A DNA stretch of 64,000 nt from Thermoanaerobaculia bacterium (lineage in GTDB: Bacteria; Acidobacteriota; Thermoanaerobaculia; Multivoradales; JAHEKO01), in assembly GCA_947259925.1 (NCBI GenBank), contig CAMYOG010000036.1:36208-100207 (forward strand). Direction: 5' to 3'. Positions 1 through 8,162 of the stretch are shown here, one piece after another. Both the position numbers and the translations under genes were made by a program. The notes under the pieces are model-generated. The model did not search any database and was not told the DNA's origin. It saw nothing but the letters and a program-made list of their open reading frames with translations. Positions within the stretch are counted from its first letter, which is position 1, and each line of letters opens with the position of its first letter.

Positions 1-638
1 TGCTGCCGTCTTCCCGGGGGCACCGGGTGCTCACTACCCCCGACTACCCGATCGAGGATTCGACGGTGGGCATCCACTTGAGGTGGTATCTGGCCAACAG
101 TCTGTATCGGCAACACGGCGCCGGCAGTGATCCGGCCAAGGTGATCTTCATCTCGATCCACGCCGACTCGCTCCACCACTCACTGCGCGGCGCGATGGCC
201 TACGTTCCGGGCGCACGCTATCGCCGCGGCAGCTACGGCAAGTCGGGCGCGGTCTACGCCGCACGCAAGGAGGTTCGCGAGAAGCCGAGCGTCAGCTTTT
301 CCTACAGCGACCGGATCAAGAGCGAGGGACTCTCACGGGATCTGGCCAGCAACGTGATCTCGGCCTTTTCAGAGCGCGGCCTGGCGGTGCACGACGACAA
401 GCCGATTCGCGATCGCGTGGTCCGCAGCCGACGCGCCTGGGTGCCGGCGATCCTGCGCTACAACGAGGTGCCGGCCCAGTTCCTGCTCGAAGTGTGCAAC
501 CTGTCCAACGCCGACGATCTCGAGCTGATGAAAACCCGCGAGTTCCGGCAGGAGGTCGCCGAGGCGATCGTCGCCGGCATCATCGACTACTACGGAGACC
601 CCCAGCCGGTCTCCGATCAGGCCGTCGCCGCGCGTTGA
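1..638 (+). CDS. N-acetylmuramoyl-L-alanine amidase (Amidase_3/AmiC-like), 5' end cut by window edge
   Basis: ORF 27..638 stays open in frame back to nt 3. Motifs VIFISIHADS..AMAYVPG and LLEVCNLSNADDLELM fit the zinc amidase_3 fold. The N-terminal part of the domain is absent, so the gene starts upstream of the window. Confidence 0.75.
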   Translation, partial: LPSSRGHRVLTTPDYPIEDSTVGIHLRWYLANSLYRQHGAGSDPAKVIFISIHADSLHHSLRGAMAYVPGARYRRGSYGKSGAVYAARKEVREKPSVSFSYSDRIKSEGLSRDLASNVISAFSERGLAVHDDKPIRDRVVRSRRAWVPAILRYNEVPAQFLLEVCNLSNADDLELMKTREFRQEVAEAIVAGIIDYYGDPQPVSDQAVAAR

Positions 639-645
639 GCACCGG

Positions 646-673
646 GGAACCCGGGGGTGTGATCGGCGTCTAA
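646..673 (+). promoter_or_regulatory. candidate ECF-sigma-type promoter (GGAAC-N16-CGTCTAA)
   Basis: GGAAC at 646-650, a 16-nt spacer, then CGTCTAA at 667-673, directly upstream of the ECF sigma gene. This matches the generic group-IV sigma promoter pattern. Confidence 0.4.
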
Positions 674-685
674 GTGAGTGGGCCG

Positions 686-1267
686 ATGAGCACTGTTCCC
701 GTCGCGATGCCACGCCCTGTCACCGAGCTCGATCTGATCGAGCGCCACCGTCTGGGCGATCCTCAGGCGTTCGAGGAGATCTACCGCCAACACGAGAAGA
801 TGGTCTTCAATCTGGCACTGAGAATGAGCGGCGACCGCGAAGACGCCGCCGAGTTGACCCAGGAGGTCTTCCTCCGGGTCTACCGGTATCTCGATCGCTT
901 CCGCGGGCGCTCGAGCCTCAAGACCTGGGTCTTCCGGATCGCCGTCAACTGCTGCCGCAGTCGCTTTCGGCGGCGACGCCTGCGGTTCCTGGAGCCCGGT
1001 CCCGATTCCGAGCAGACGCTCGAGCGCGTGGTCGATCCGCGCTCCGACCCCGAGCGCGAGGCGCTCAACCGGAGTCTCGGCGAGCGACTCAGCGCGGCGT
1101 TGGCGCAAGTACCGCTCCCGTTTCGCGAGGCGGTAGTGCTGCGCGACGTGCAGGGTTTCAGCTACGACGAGATCGCCGACATTCTCCGAATTCGGTCGGG
1201 GACCGTGCGCTCCCGAATCGCCCGCGGACGCGAACGGCTGCGGCGGGCGATGGAGGGCGAGCAATGA
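686..1267 (+). CDS. RNA polymerase sigma-70 family ECF sigma factor
   Basis: Region 2 (AELTQEVFLRVYRYLDRFRGRSSLKTWVFRIAVNCC) and region 4 (VLRDVQGFSYDEIADILRIRSGTVRSRIARGRERL) are recognisable. ATG 686 is preferred over the track's GTG 674 because of the promoter position; either start is possible. Confidence 0.9.
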   Translation: MSTVPVAMPRPVTELDLIERHRLGDPQAFEEIYRQHEKMVFNLALRMSGDREDAAELTQEVFLRVYRYLDRFRGRSSLKTWVFRIAVNCCRSRFRRRRLRFLEPGPDSEQTLERVVDPRSDPEREALNRSLGERLSAALAQVPLPFREAVVLRDVQGFSYDEIADILRIRSGTVRSRIARGRERLRRAMEGEQ

Positions 1268-1878
1268 CTGTGCACGCATCCCTCGAACAGCTGTCGAGCT
1301 ACCTCGACGCCGAGCTCGCCCGGCGCGAGCGTGCCGAGCTGGAAGGTCACCTGAGCGGTTGTCCGACCTGCCGGCGCCGCCTCGACGGGCTGCGTGGCGT
1401 CGTCGCCCGGCTCGAGCGCCTCGAGCAGCAGGCGCCACCTCGCGATCTCGCCGTGCTGGTGGAGCGGCGCGTCGCCGTCGAGACGGGCCGCCCCAGGCTG
1501 GGCACGCGCCTGGAAGAGACGGTGAAGACCTTCCTGGTGCAGCCGTCGCTGACGCCCATCTTCGGCCTGGTGGTGGCGCTCGCCCTCATCCTCTACCTCT
1601 TCAGCTTCGGCGTCGCCCGGCAGCAGGAGCGGGGCACTCGCCTGGTGGTGCCGGCCCCGGCCCCCGAGTCGGTCGTGGTCCGCACGATCGAGGGGCGCGA
1701 GTTCGCCCTCTCCGGTGAGATCTGGATCGAGCGGGGACTCGAGAAGGTGGCGAGTTTCGAGACCCTGGATCTGAGTGCCGCGGAGACGCTTCCCGACGAG
1801 CTGGAGCCGTTTGCGCAGCTGGGCGGGCGCGTGATCCTCACCCACGAGGGTCGACCGGTGATGGCCGTCTTTCCCTGA
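1264..1878 (+). CDS. anti-sigma factor (zf-HC2 type, single-pass membrane)
   Basis: ATGA overlap with the sigma gene. Has an N-terminal H..C..C zinc-finger motif (EGHLSGCPTCRRRL) and one hydrophobic span (PIFGLVVALALILYLFSFGV). Confidence 0.75.
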   Translation: MTVHASLEQLSSYLDAELARRERAELEGHLSGCPTCRRRLDGLRGVVARLERLEQQAPPRDLAVLVERRVAVETGRPRLGTRLEETVKTFLVQPSLTPIFGLVVALALILYLFSFGVARQQERGTRLVVPAPAPESVVVRTIEGREFALSGEIWIERGLEKVASFETLDLSAAETLPDELEPFAQLGGRVILTHEGRPVMAVFP

Positions 1879-1889
1879 GCGGCCGCCGA

Positions 1890-3962
1890 TCAGCCCTCGG
1901 CGGGCTCGATGCTCTCGATCGTCATCTGGCCGCCGAGCAGGTCGACGACGTCGCCCGGAGAGCGACCGAGCAGCTGCTTCGCCAGGTCCGACTCGTACGA
2001 GACGATGTTCTCGTCCGGGCTGCTCTCCCAGGGTCCCAGAATCGTGATCTTCTGGCGGTCGCCGTTCGCCCCGCGGAGTGAGACCCTCGCCCCCACTCGC
2101 ACCTCCGAGCCGTCGATGCTGCCGAAGCGGATTGGCTGGACGCGACGCAGCGCGCCGTCGATCTTGGCGACGCGCGCCGACAGGTACTCGTGGCGCTGAC
2201 GAGCCGACTTGTATTCGAAGTTCTCGCGCAGATCGCCGAGCTCGCGCGCCTCTTCGATCGCCTTGCGGTTGGCGGGGATCTCCACTTCGAGCAGGTTCTT
2301 GAGCTCGGCGCGCCGCGCTTCGATCGAGCGCTCGGTGGCGTAGAGCCCGACCTCCTGGTCGGGTCGCAGGTCCGGAAACCGCATGTGCAGCGCGTTGATC
2401 AGGCGCTCGCGCTGGTATTCCTCGAGGTGGGCGCGCCCGAGCGCCTCTTCGGTCGCCTGGGCCTGGTCCTCGCCGACCCTGGAGATCAGCACCGCCAGGC
2501 AGTCGCCGTCGGCGACCAGCTGCCGTAGACGGCTCTTGTAGGGAGCGAACTCGGAGCGCTCGCCGACCGTGGTGATCGCCTGCACGAGACGGGTCGGGTT
2601 CTTGGTGTCGAGAGGATCCGAGTCGCCGCCAATCCCTTCGGCCGCCCAGACGAAGAGAGCGGGGGTGCGGCGGGGCTGCGATAGGACGCCGTCGAGGAGG
2701 CCGTCGAACGCTTGCGGGTCGTGCGAGCGGAGCTCGCTCGCCAGGTAGCCGAGCAGCTTGGGCTCGGTCTCCCGTCCGATCAGGCGGTTGAAATGCACCG
2801 GCCAGTCGTCGCGCTGCCGGACGAGCTCGAACGCTTCCCGCCGCACCGCCCGATCCTCGATCTTCGCGGTCCAGTCCGCTGGATCGTTGCCGGCCTGGGC
2901 GAGCGCGACCGTGCTCCAACTCGAGTCGTCCGCGGCGCCACCATTGCGCTCGAGTGCGGAGGCGATGGCGAACGCGCTCTCCGGCTCCTTCGAGGAGAGC
3001 TCCTGCCCGAGCTCCGCCAGGCGCTCGCGCATCGCGCCGCCGACCGTCGCGTCGCGACCCGCCTCCTTGCGGAAGATCTTCAGCTTGCCGTCGAGGGGAG
3101 CGCGCTCGAACTGGGCGAGCACGGCCTCGCCCGCCTCGGCGTGACTGTCCGCCCATCGGTAGGTACGCTTGACGCCGCTCCCTTCGGTCACCAGCTGCGG
3201 ATGCTTGCGCGCCGCGGTCCACCAGGAGCTCCAGGTCTTCGGTCCCAGAAGACCGCTGACCGCCAGCTTGATCTCGGAGGCCGTCAAGGGACGGTCATAG
3301 CTCTCGAGCAGCTGGCGCAGGAGCTCGGTCGGAGCCAGCCCCTTCAGCTCTTCGGGCACCGACAGCTTGCGATGGAGGAAGTGCCCATCGTCCAGGGCGC
3401 GCAGCAGCTTGCCGGCCGCCTTGAACCCGACTCGGATCTCGCCCACCTCGGCGAAGTCGATCTTGAAGCTTGCCAGCTCCAGGTTGACCTCGACGATCCT
3501 GCCGACGCCCTTGCCCTCCATCGCAACTACGGTGCCCATCTCGAACTGCATCATCTGTTGTAGTCGTTCCACTTTCGTCCATGTTCTGGCGACATCGTCG
3601 ACTGCACGATGCAGGCCGACCAGCTCGACGATCCCTGCCAGGCTCGGCTGACCGTCGTAGATCCGCTCGACCGTCGCAAGGATCTCCTTGTGCGGCTTCT
3701 CACCCGACGGGTGGAGCACCCGGGAGCGCTCCATCAGATCCAGGCGCAGCTGCCAATCCTCGCTCTTCTGCAGCTGATCGTCGACCAGCTCGAGCAGCAC
3801 GTGTGCCCGGTCCGCCTGGCCCGCACCCGCGAGCGAGCGTGCCACCGCCACGAAGTAGTCGAGCTGCCGCGGGTCCTCGTCCAAGCGGGCTAGCCAGTCG
3901 TCCTCGACGGTGGCGAAGTCAGCTCGTTCGATGGCTCTGCGAAGTTCTCTGGCGAGTGTCAT
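1890..3962 (-). CDS. GreA/GreB-family transcription elongation factor homologue with ~500-aa N-terminal extension
   Basis: The C-terminal ~150 aa match Gre factors: a coiled coil (AIEEARELGDLRENFEYKSARQRHEYLSARVAKIDGAL) and a globular domain (VRVGARVSL..ITILGPWESSPDENIVSYESDLAKQLLGRSPGDVV). I did not recognise the N-terminal part. Confidence 0.75.
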   Translation of the reverse strand: MTLARELRRAIERADFATVEDDWLARLDEDPRQLDYFVAVARSLAGAGQADRAHVLLELVDDQLQKSEDWQLRLDLMERSRVLHPSGEKPHKEILATVERIYDGQPSLAGIVELVGLHRAVDDVARTWTKVERLQQMMQFEMGTVVAMEGKGVGRIVEVNLELASFKIDFAEVGEIRVGFKAAGKLLRALDDGHFLHRKLSVPEELKGLAPTELLRQLLESYDRPLTASEIKLAVSGLLGPKTWSSWWTAARKHPQLVTEGSGVKRTYRWADSHAEAGEAVLAQFERAPLDGKLKIFRKEAGRDATVGGAMRERLAELGQELSSKEPESAFAIASALERNGGAADDSSWSTVALAQAGNDPADWTAKIEDRAVRREAFELVRQRDDWPVHFNRLIGRETEPKLLGYLASELRSHDPQAFDGLLDGVLSQPRRTPALFVWAAEGIGGDSDPLDTKNPTRLVQAITTVGERSEFAPYKSRLRQLVADGDCLAVLISRVGEDQAQATEEALGRAHLEEYQRERLINALHMRFPDLRPDQEVGLYATERSIEARRAELKNLLEVEIPANRKAIEEARELGDLRENFEYKSARQRHEYLSARVAKIDGALRRVQPIRFGSIDGSEVRVGARVSLRGANGDRQKITILGPWESSPDENIVSYESDLAKQLLGRSPGDVVDLLGGQMTIESIEPAEG

Positions 3963-4018
3963 GAGGAATGCCCAGCAGGGCGCGCGCTAGACTATCTCAC
4001 TAGCGAGGCCACGTTGAC

Positions 4019-4735
4019 ATGGACGATCTTGCCGCCAAGCTGCGTGGAGCCGACACCAACGAGCTGGCGGAGATCGTCCGCCAGCAGCGAGACCAGCTGG
4101 GTCCCGACTCGGTCCGGCAGGTTTTGCGCAACAGCTACGTCGACGCGCGAATCATCGACGAGCTGATCGAGCATCCCGCTCTGCGCAAGCACTATGAGGT
4201 GCGGCGGCAGATCGCGGCCCACCCACGGACCCAGCAGGCACGCGCGATCAGCTTGGTCGCCGGTCTCTACTGGCGCGACCTGCTCAGGATCGGTAGCGAT
4301 ACTCGGGTCAAGCCGGCGGTCCGGCGTGCCGCCGATCGGCGTCTGGCCGAGCGTCTGGGACGGCTGTCGATCGGCGAGAAGGTGCTGGTGGCGAGAGAAG
4401 CGGGTACGGGCCTGATAGCGAGTCTGCTGGGCGAAAAGGAGCAGCGGGTGGTGACCGCCTTGCTCGAGAACCCGCGACTGACCGAACCGATGCTCGCGCC
4501 GCTGCTGACCAACCCGGTCACCTCACCGCAGGTTCTGCGCCTGGTGGCCGAAGACCGGCGCTGGGGCTCGCGCTACACGACCCAGGTCGCGCTCTGCCTG
4601 AACCCGGCGACCCCCGAGGACCTGGCGATCTCGCTGCTGCCCGGGCTCCGGAAGGCCGACCGTCGCGCGGTCGCCAGCGACACCCGGGTTCCGGCGGCGG
4701 TGCGCGAGCGCGCGGCGCTGCTGAGCGAGTGCTAG
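4019..4735 (+). CDS. hypothetical helical-repeat protein (paralogue of 5556..6602)
   Basis: High GC3 and natural composition. The C-terminal block LLENPRLTE...RWGSRYTTQVALCLNPATPEDLAISLL aligns by eye with the C-terminus of the 5556..6602 product. Confidence 0.6.
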   Translation: MDDLAAKLRGADTNELAEIVRQQRDQLGPDSVRQVLRNSYVDARIIDELIEHPALRKHYEVRRQIAAHPRTQQARAISLVAGLYWRDLLRIGSDTRVKPAVRRAADRRLAERLGRLSIGEKVLVAREAGTGLIASLLGEKEQRVVTALLENPRLTEPMLAPLLTNPVTSPQVLRLVAEDRRWGSRYTTQVALCLNPATPEDLAISLLPGLRKADRRAVASDTRVPAAVRERAALLSEC

Positions 4736-5559
4736 GATCGGAATCTGGCCAGATGCAATCAGGAGCTAACAGCAGGCTTCCTCCCTGGCAGGCTGACGGT
4801 CAGAACGGCGAGGCGCTCACATTCGGCTCGTGGCTACGACGCGAGCGCGAGATTCGCGAGATTCCGCTGCACGAGATCGCCGAGGTCACGAAGATCAGCA
4901 TTCGCTATCTCGAAGCCCTCGAGCAGGACCGTTTCGACGTTCTGCCGGCGCCGGTGTTCGCCAAGGGATTCCTCAAGGAATACGCGCGCTACGTCGGCCT
5001 CGATCCGGACGACGTCATCAACTCGTACCTGACATCGCAGCAGGACGGCGAGGTCGTCGAGGAAGAGCCTCTGGTCGAGACCCCGACCGGCTCGCGCTCG
5101 TCGGCGACCCTCATGGGCACGGCGATCATTGTCCTCCTGGCGGCGGTGGCGGCGGTGGTCTTCTACTCGGAGCGATTCCGTGGCGAGGCGCGAGAGGCCG
5201 CTCCGCCGCCGATCGCGGCCCCGCCGGTGCCGGCGCCGCCGCCGCCCGAGCCGGTTGAAGTCGAGCCCGCGGTCATCGCCCCCGAGGTACCTTTGGTGGT
5301 GACCATGGACTTCACCGAGGACTGCTGGGTGGAGGTCGTGGTCGATGGCCGCCGGCGGATCAGCGAGCTGCACGTTCAGGGTGAGTCGATCCGGTTCGAG
5401 GCCGAGGAGCAGGTCATCCTGACGCTCGGCAACCCGGCGGGCGTTCGCATCGAGAGGAACGGAGAGCCGTTCGAGTTCGACATGCGGACCGGGCGGGTAG
5501 CGCGCGACATCGTCATCGCCCTGGAACCTGAAGAGGAAGCCGCCGAGGGGCGGAGTTGA
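4729..5559 (+). CDS. rodZ: RodZ-like cytoskeleton protein (HTH + TM + DUF4115)
   Basis: HTH region FGSWLRREREIREIPLHEIAEVTKISIRYLEALEQDRFDVLPAPVFAKGFLKEYARYVGLD, one TM segment, a Pro/Ala-rich linker and a C-terminal DUF4115-like beta domain. An alternative start is ATG 4753. Confidence 0.8.
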   Translation: MLGSESGQMQSGANSRLPPWQADGQNGEALTFGSWLRREREIREIPLHEIAEVTKISIRYLEALEQDRFDVLPAPVFAKGFLKEYARYVGLDPDDVINSYLTSQQDGEVVEEEPLVETPTGSRSSATLMGTAIIVLLAAVAAVVFYSERFRGEAREAAPPPIAAPPVPAPPPPEPVEVEPAVIAPEVPLVVTMDFTEDCWVEVVVDGRRRISELHVQGESIRFEAEEQVILTLGNPAGVRIERNGEPFEFDMRTGRVARDIVIALEPEEEAAEGRS

Positions 5560-6602
5560 CGGGAACCAGAGCCGGCGCCTCTCAGCACTCGGAGCTCGTC
5601 GAGCAGGTTCTGTCGGGCGAGCGGCCCGAGCTGCAGCGCCTGGCCGCGAGCGGCATGCTGCCGCTGCCGCCTACCGAGCTGGTCTGGCTGCAGGTCGTCC
5701 TGGCCGAGGGGGGTGGCGGCGAGATCGCCGAGCAGGCGAGCGAGTCCCTTTCCGGCATGGAGCCGCCGGAGCTCGCCGAGCTGATCCGTGAGGGCCTGGA
5801 CATCGCGGCGCTCCCCTGGCTCTGCCAGAATCTCGAGCATCCCCTGGTGCTCGAGGCGGCGATGCGCCGGCGCGACGTACCGCGCTCACTGCTCGAGTTC
5901 CTGGCCTCGCGGCTGAACGCCGAGCTGCAGGAGATCCTCTTGCTCCGCCAGGACGCGATCGTCGAGCTGCCGGAGATCCTCGACGCGCTCGAGGCCAATC
6001 CGGAGCTGAGCTCCTTCTCCAAGCGCAAGATCTCCGAGTATCGGCGCCATCTGCTGCGCCCGGAGCCGGATGAGGCGCCGGCCGCAGAAGAGGTCGTCAA
6101 GGACGAGGTCGACGAGATCAGCGAGGCCGAGGTCGAAGAGGCGATCCGCGAAGCACGCTCGGAGCCGGCGGTCGGCGAGGTCGACGAGATCACTGGCCTG
6201 AGCGAGTCCCAGCTCCGCACCTTGCCGCTGCCGATCCGGCTCAAGCTGAGCCGCCGCGCGCCACGGGCGCTGCGCTCCATCCTGATCCGCGACAACAGTC
6301 CGAGCGTGGCCGTCTCGGTGCTCGAGAACAACCGGATGTCGGAAAGCGAGATCGAGCAGATCGCGCGCAGCCGCTCGGTGGTCGAGGATGTCCTGGCGGC
6401 GATCGCCAGGAACCGCACGTGGATGCGGAAGTACCCGATCGCGCTGGCGCTGGTGAAGAACCCGCGTACCCAGGTCGGGGTCGCCATCCGTCTCTGCTCG
6501 AGACTGTCGGTGCGGGATCTGCGGTCGATCGGCAGGGACCGGAATGTGGCGCATGCCGTACGCACCGCCTGCCAGCGGTTGTATAAACTCAAGCTCACCT
6601 GA
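5556..6602 (+). CDS. hypothetical helical-repeat protein (paralogue of 4019..4735)
   Basis: TTG start overlaps the rodZ stop and follows a GGGGCGGAG Shine-Dalgarno sequence. The C-terminal block VLENNRMSE...RTWMRKYPIALALVKNPRTQVGVAIRL parallels the 4019 product. Confidence 0.6.
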   Translation: MTGTRAGASQHSELVEQVLSGERPELQRLAASGMLPLPPTELVWLQVVLAEGGGGEIAEQASESLSGMEPPELAELIREGLDIAALPWLCQNLEHPLVLEAAMRRRDVPRSLLEFLASRLNAELQEILLLRQDAIVELPEILDALEANPELSSFSKRKISEYRRHLLRPEPDEAPAAEEVVKDEVDEISEAEVEEAIREARSEPAVGEVDEITGLSESQLRTLPLPIRLKLSRRAPRALRSILIRDNSPSVAVSVLENNRMSESEIEQIARSRSVVEDVLAAIARNRTWMRKYPIALALVKNPRTQVGVAIRLCSRLSVRDLRSIGRDRNVAHAVRTACQRLYKLKLT

Positions 6603-6723
6603 TCGGCCGAGAACGTGGGCACGGTGAGTGGATGAGCGAGGCTACGGGTTCGAGATTCAGGCGCGCCGATGGGCGCGATCGCGATGACTGGACGGGCAGC
6701 GGGCACCGTCGGAGCGACTGACG

Positions 6724-7362
6724 ATGGCCAAGGACTACTACGCCATTCTGGGTGTGCCGCGGAACGCGACGCAGGCGCAGGTCCGGGCGCGCTTCCTGGA
6801 GCTGGCCCGCAACCAGCACCCCGATCGCTTCCAGGGTGAGGAGAAGGTCAAGGCGGAGGACGAGTTCCAGGAGATCACCCAGGCGTTCAACGTCTTGAGC
6901 GATCCGACCCAGCGGCGGGAAGCCGACGCGGCTTTGCTGCAGGCGGACAAGGGGGGAGGCGAAGAGCAGAGCGGCGCCGCCAAGGTCTACATACGCCGTG
7001 GCATCAAGGCCTACCGCGAGCGCAACTTCGTCGAGGCCGCCGACAACTTCCAGCGAGCGACCAAAGAGGAACCGCGCAACGCGCGCGCCTGGAGCTATCT
7101 GGCGCAGGCGTGTCAGCACCAGAGCGCCCGGCTCGCCAAGGCGCGTCAGGCGGCGGCCAAGGCGTGCCAGCTCGAGCCGATGAACGCCAGGTACTTGAAG
7201 CTCGCCGGACGGCTGTTCGCGCAGGCCGAGATGTACTCCCGCGCCGAGAAGTACTACGTCGCGGCACAGAACTGGGGGGAGGAGGACGCCGAGGTCGAGG
7301 CCGCCCTGGCCGACGTCCAGCGGCGCATGAAGAAGTCGCGCGGCGGGCTTTTCGGCGGATGA
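6724..7362 (+). CDS. J-domain (DnaJ-like) protein with TPR-like C-terminus
   Basis: KDYYAILGVPRNATQAQVRARFLELARNQHPDR (HPD motif), followed by TPR-like helices (YIRRGIKAYRERNFVEAADNFQRA...). Confidence 0.85.
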   Translation: MAKDYYAILGVPRNATQAQVRARFLELARNQHPDRFQGEEKVKAEDEFQEITQAFNVLSDPTQRREADAALLQADKGGGEEQSGAAKVYIRRGIKAYRERNFVEAADNFQRATKEEPRNARAWSYLAQACQHQSARLAKARQAAAKACQLEPMNARYLKLAGRLFAQAEMYSRAEKYYVAAQNWGEEDAEVEAALADVQRRMKKSRGGLFGG

Positions 7363-8135
7363 CGCTGCAAGCGCGGGCCTATGGCCTCTCCGACGTGGGT
7401 CGGATCCGGGCCGTCAACGAGGACTCGTTCACGATCGATCCTGAGCTGGGGCTCTACCTGGTGGCCGACGGAATGGGTGGTCACGGGCACGGTGACGTCG
7501 CCTCCGGCCTGGCGGTACGGACCATCCGCGATCGATTGCGCCAGGAGCTGGCCGGAAGCGGCTGGAGCGGCTTCCGGCACCGCTTCGGTCGACCTCCGAA
7601 GCGGCTCGCGGCCGACAGTCTAAAACGGGCTCTGGTGGACGCGAACGATCGCTTGCTTCTGGCCGTCGAGGAGAACCTCGAGCTGACCGGGATGGGCACC
7701 ACGGTGGTGGCGGTGATGATCGAAGGCGCTCGGGGCACGGTCGCGCACGTCGGCGACAGTCGGGCCTATCGGATGCGCGGCGGCCGGCTGGAGCTGCTGA
7801 CCGGCGATCACACCTGGGTGGCGGAACAGGTGACAGCCGGCAACCTGTCCGAAGACCAGGCTCGCGAGCACCCGTTCAAGAGCGTCGTCACCCGGGCGCT
7901 CGGGGGTGAGCGCGATCTGACCGTGGAGCTGCTCGAGTTCGATCTCGCTCCAGGCGATGTCTACCTGCTCTGCTCGGACGGCCTGACCGGAATGGTCCCC
8001 GACGAGCATATCGAGAAGCGGCTGGCGACGAGCACTTCGCCGGCGGCGCTGTGCAACCGGCTGGTCGCGGACGCCCTCAGAGGCGGCGGCAGGGACAACG
8101 TCACGGCCCTGGCGCTCGCGATCGACGATCGTTAG
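7359..8135 (+). CDS. PP2C-family Ser/Thr protein phosphatase
   Basis: ATGA overlap with the J-domain gene. Motifs GLSDVGRIRAVNEDSF, LYLVADGMGGHGHGDVAS, HVGDSRAY, LLCSDGLT and GGRDNVT are present. The track's 7110 start is an upstream in-frame extension over the previous gene. Confidence 0.9.
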   Translation: MTLQARAYGLSDVGRIRAVNEDSFTIDPELGLYLVADGMGGHGHGDVASGLAVRTIRDRLRQELAGSGWSGFRHRFGRPPKRLAADSLKRALVDANDRLLLAVEENLELTGMGTTVVAVMIEGARGTVAHVGDSRAYRMRGGRLELLTGDHTWVAEQVTAGNLSEDQAREHPFKSVVTRALGGERDLTVELLEFDLAPGDVYLLCSDGLTGMVPDEHIEKRLATSTSPAALCNRLVADALRGGGRDNVTALALAIDDR

Positions 8136-8162
8136 CCGCGGCGCCAGGCCGTCCGGTCGGAC

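Noticed and set aside
1162-3222. 686-codon minus-strand ORF, extremely Arg/Gly/Pro/Ala-rich
   Set aside because: It runs out of frame over the GreA-like gene and antisense to the sigma/anti-sigma genes. It has no recognisable motif and its composition is typical of off-frame ORFs in high-GC DNA.
7110-7358. Upstream extension of the PP2C ORF
   Set aside because: It overlaps the J-domain/TPR gene in another frame and is Arg-rich. The ATG at 7359, with its ATGA coupling, gives a full-length PP2C.
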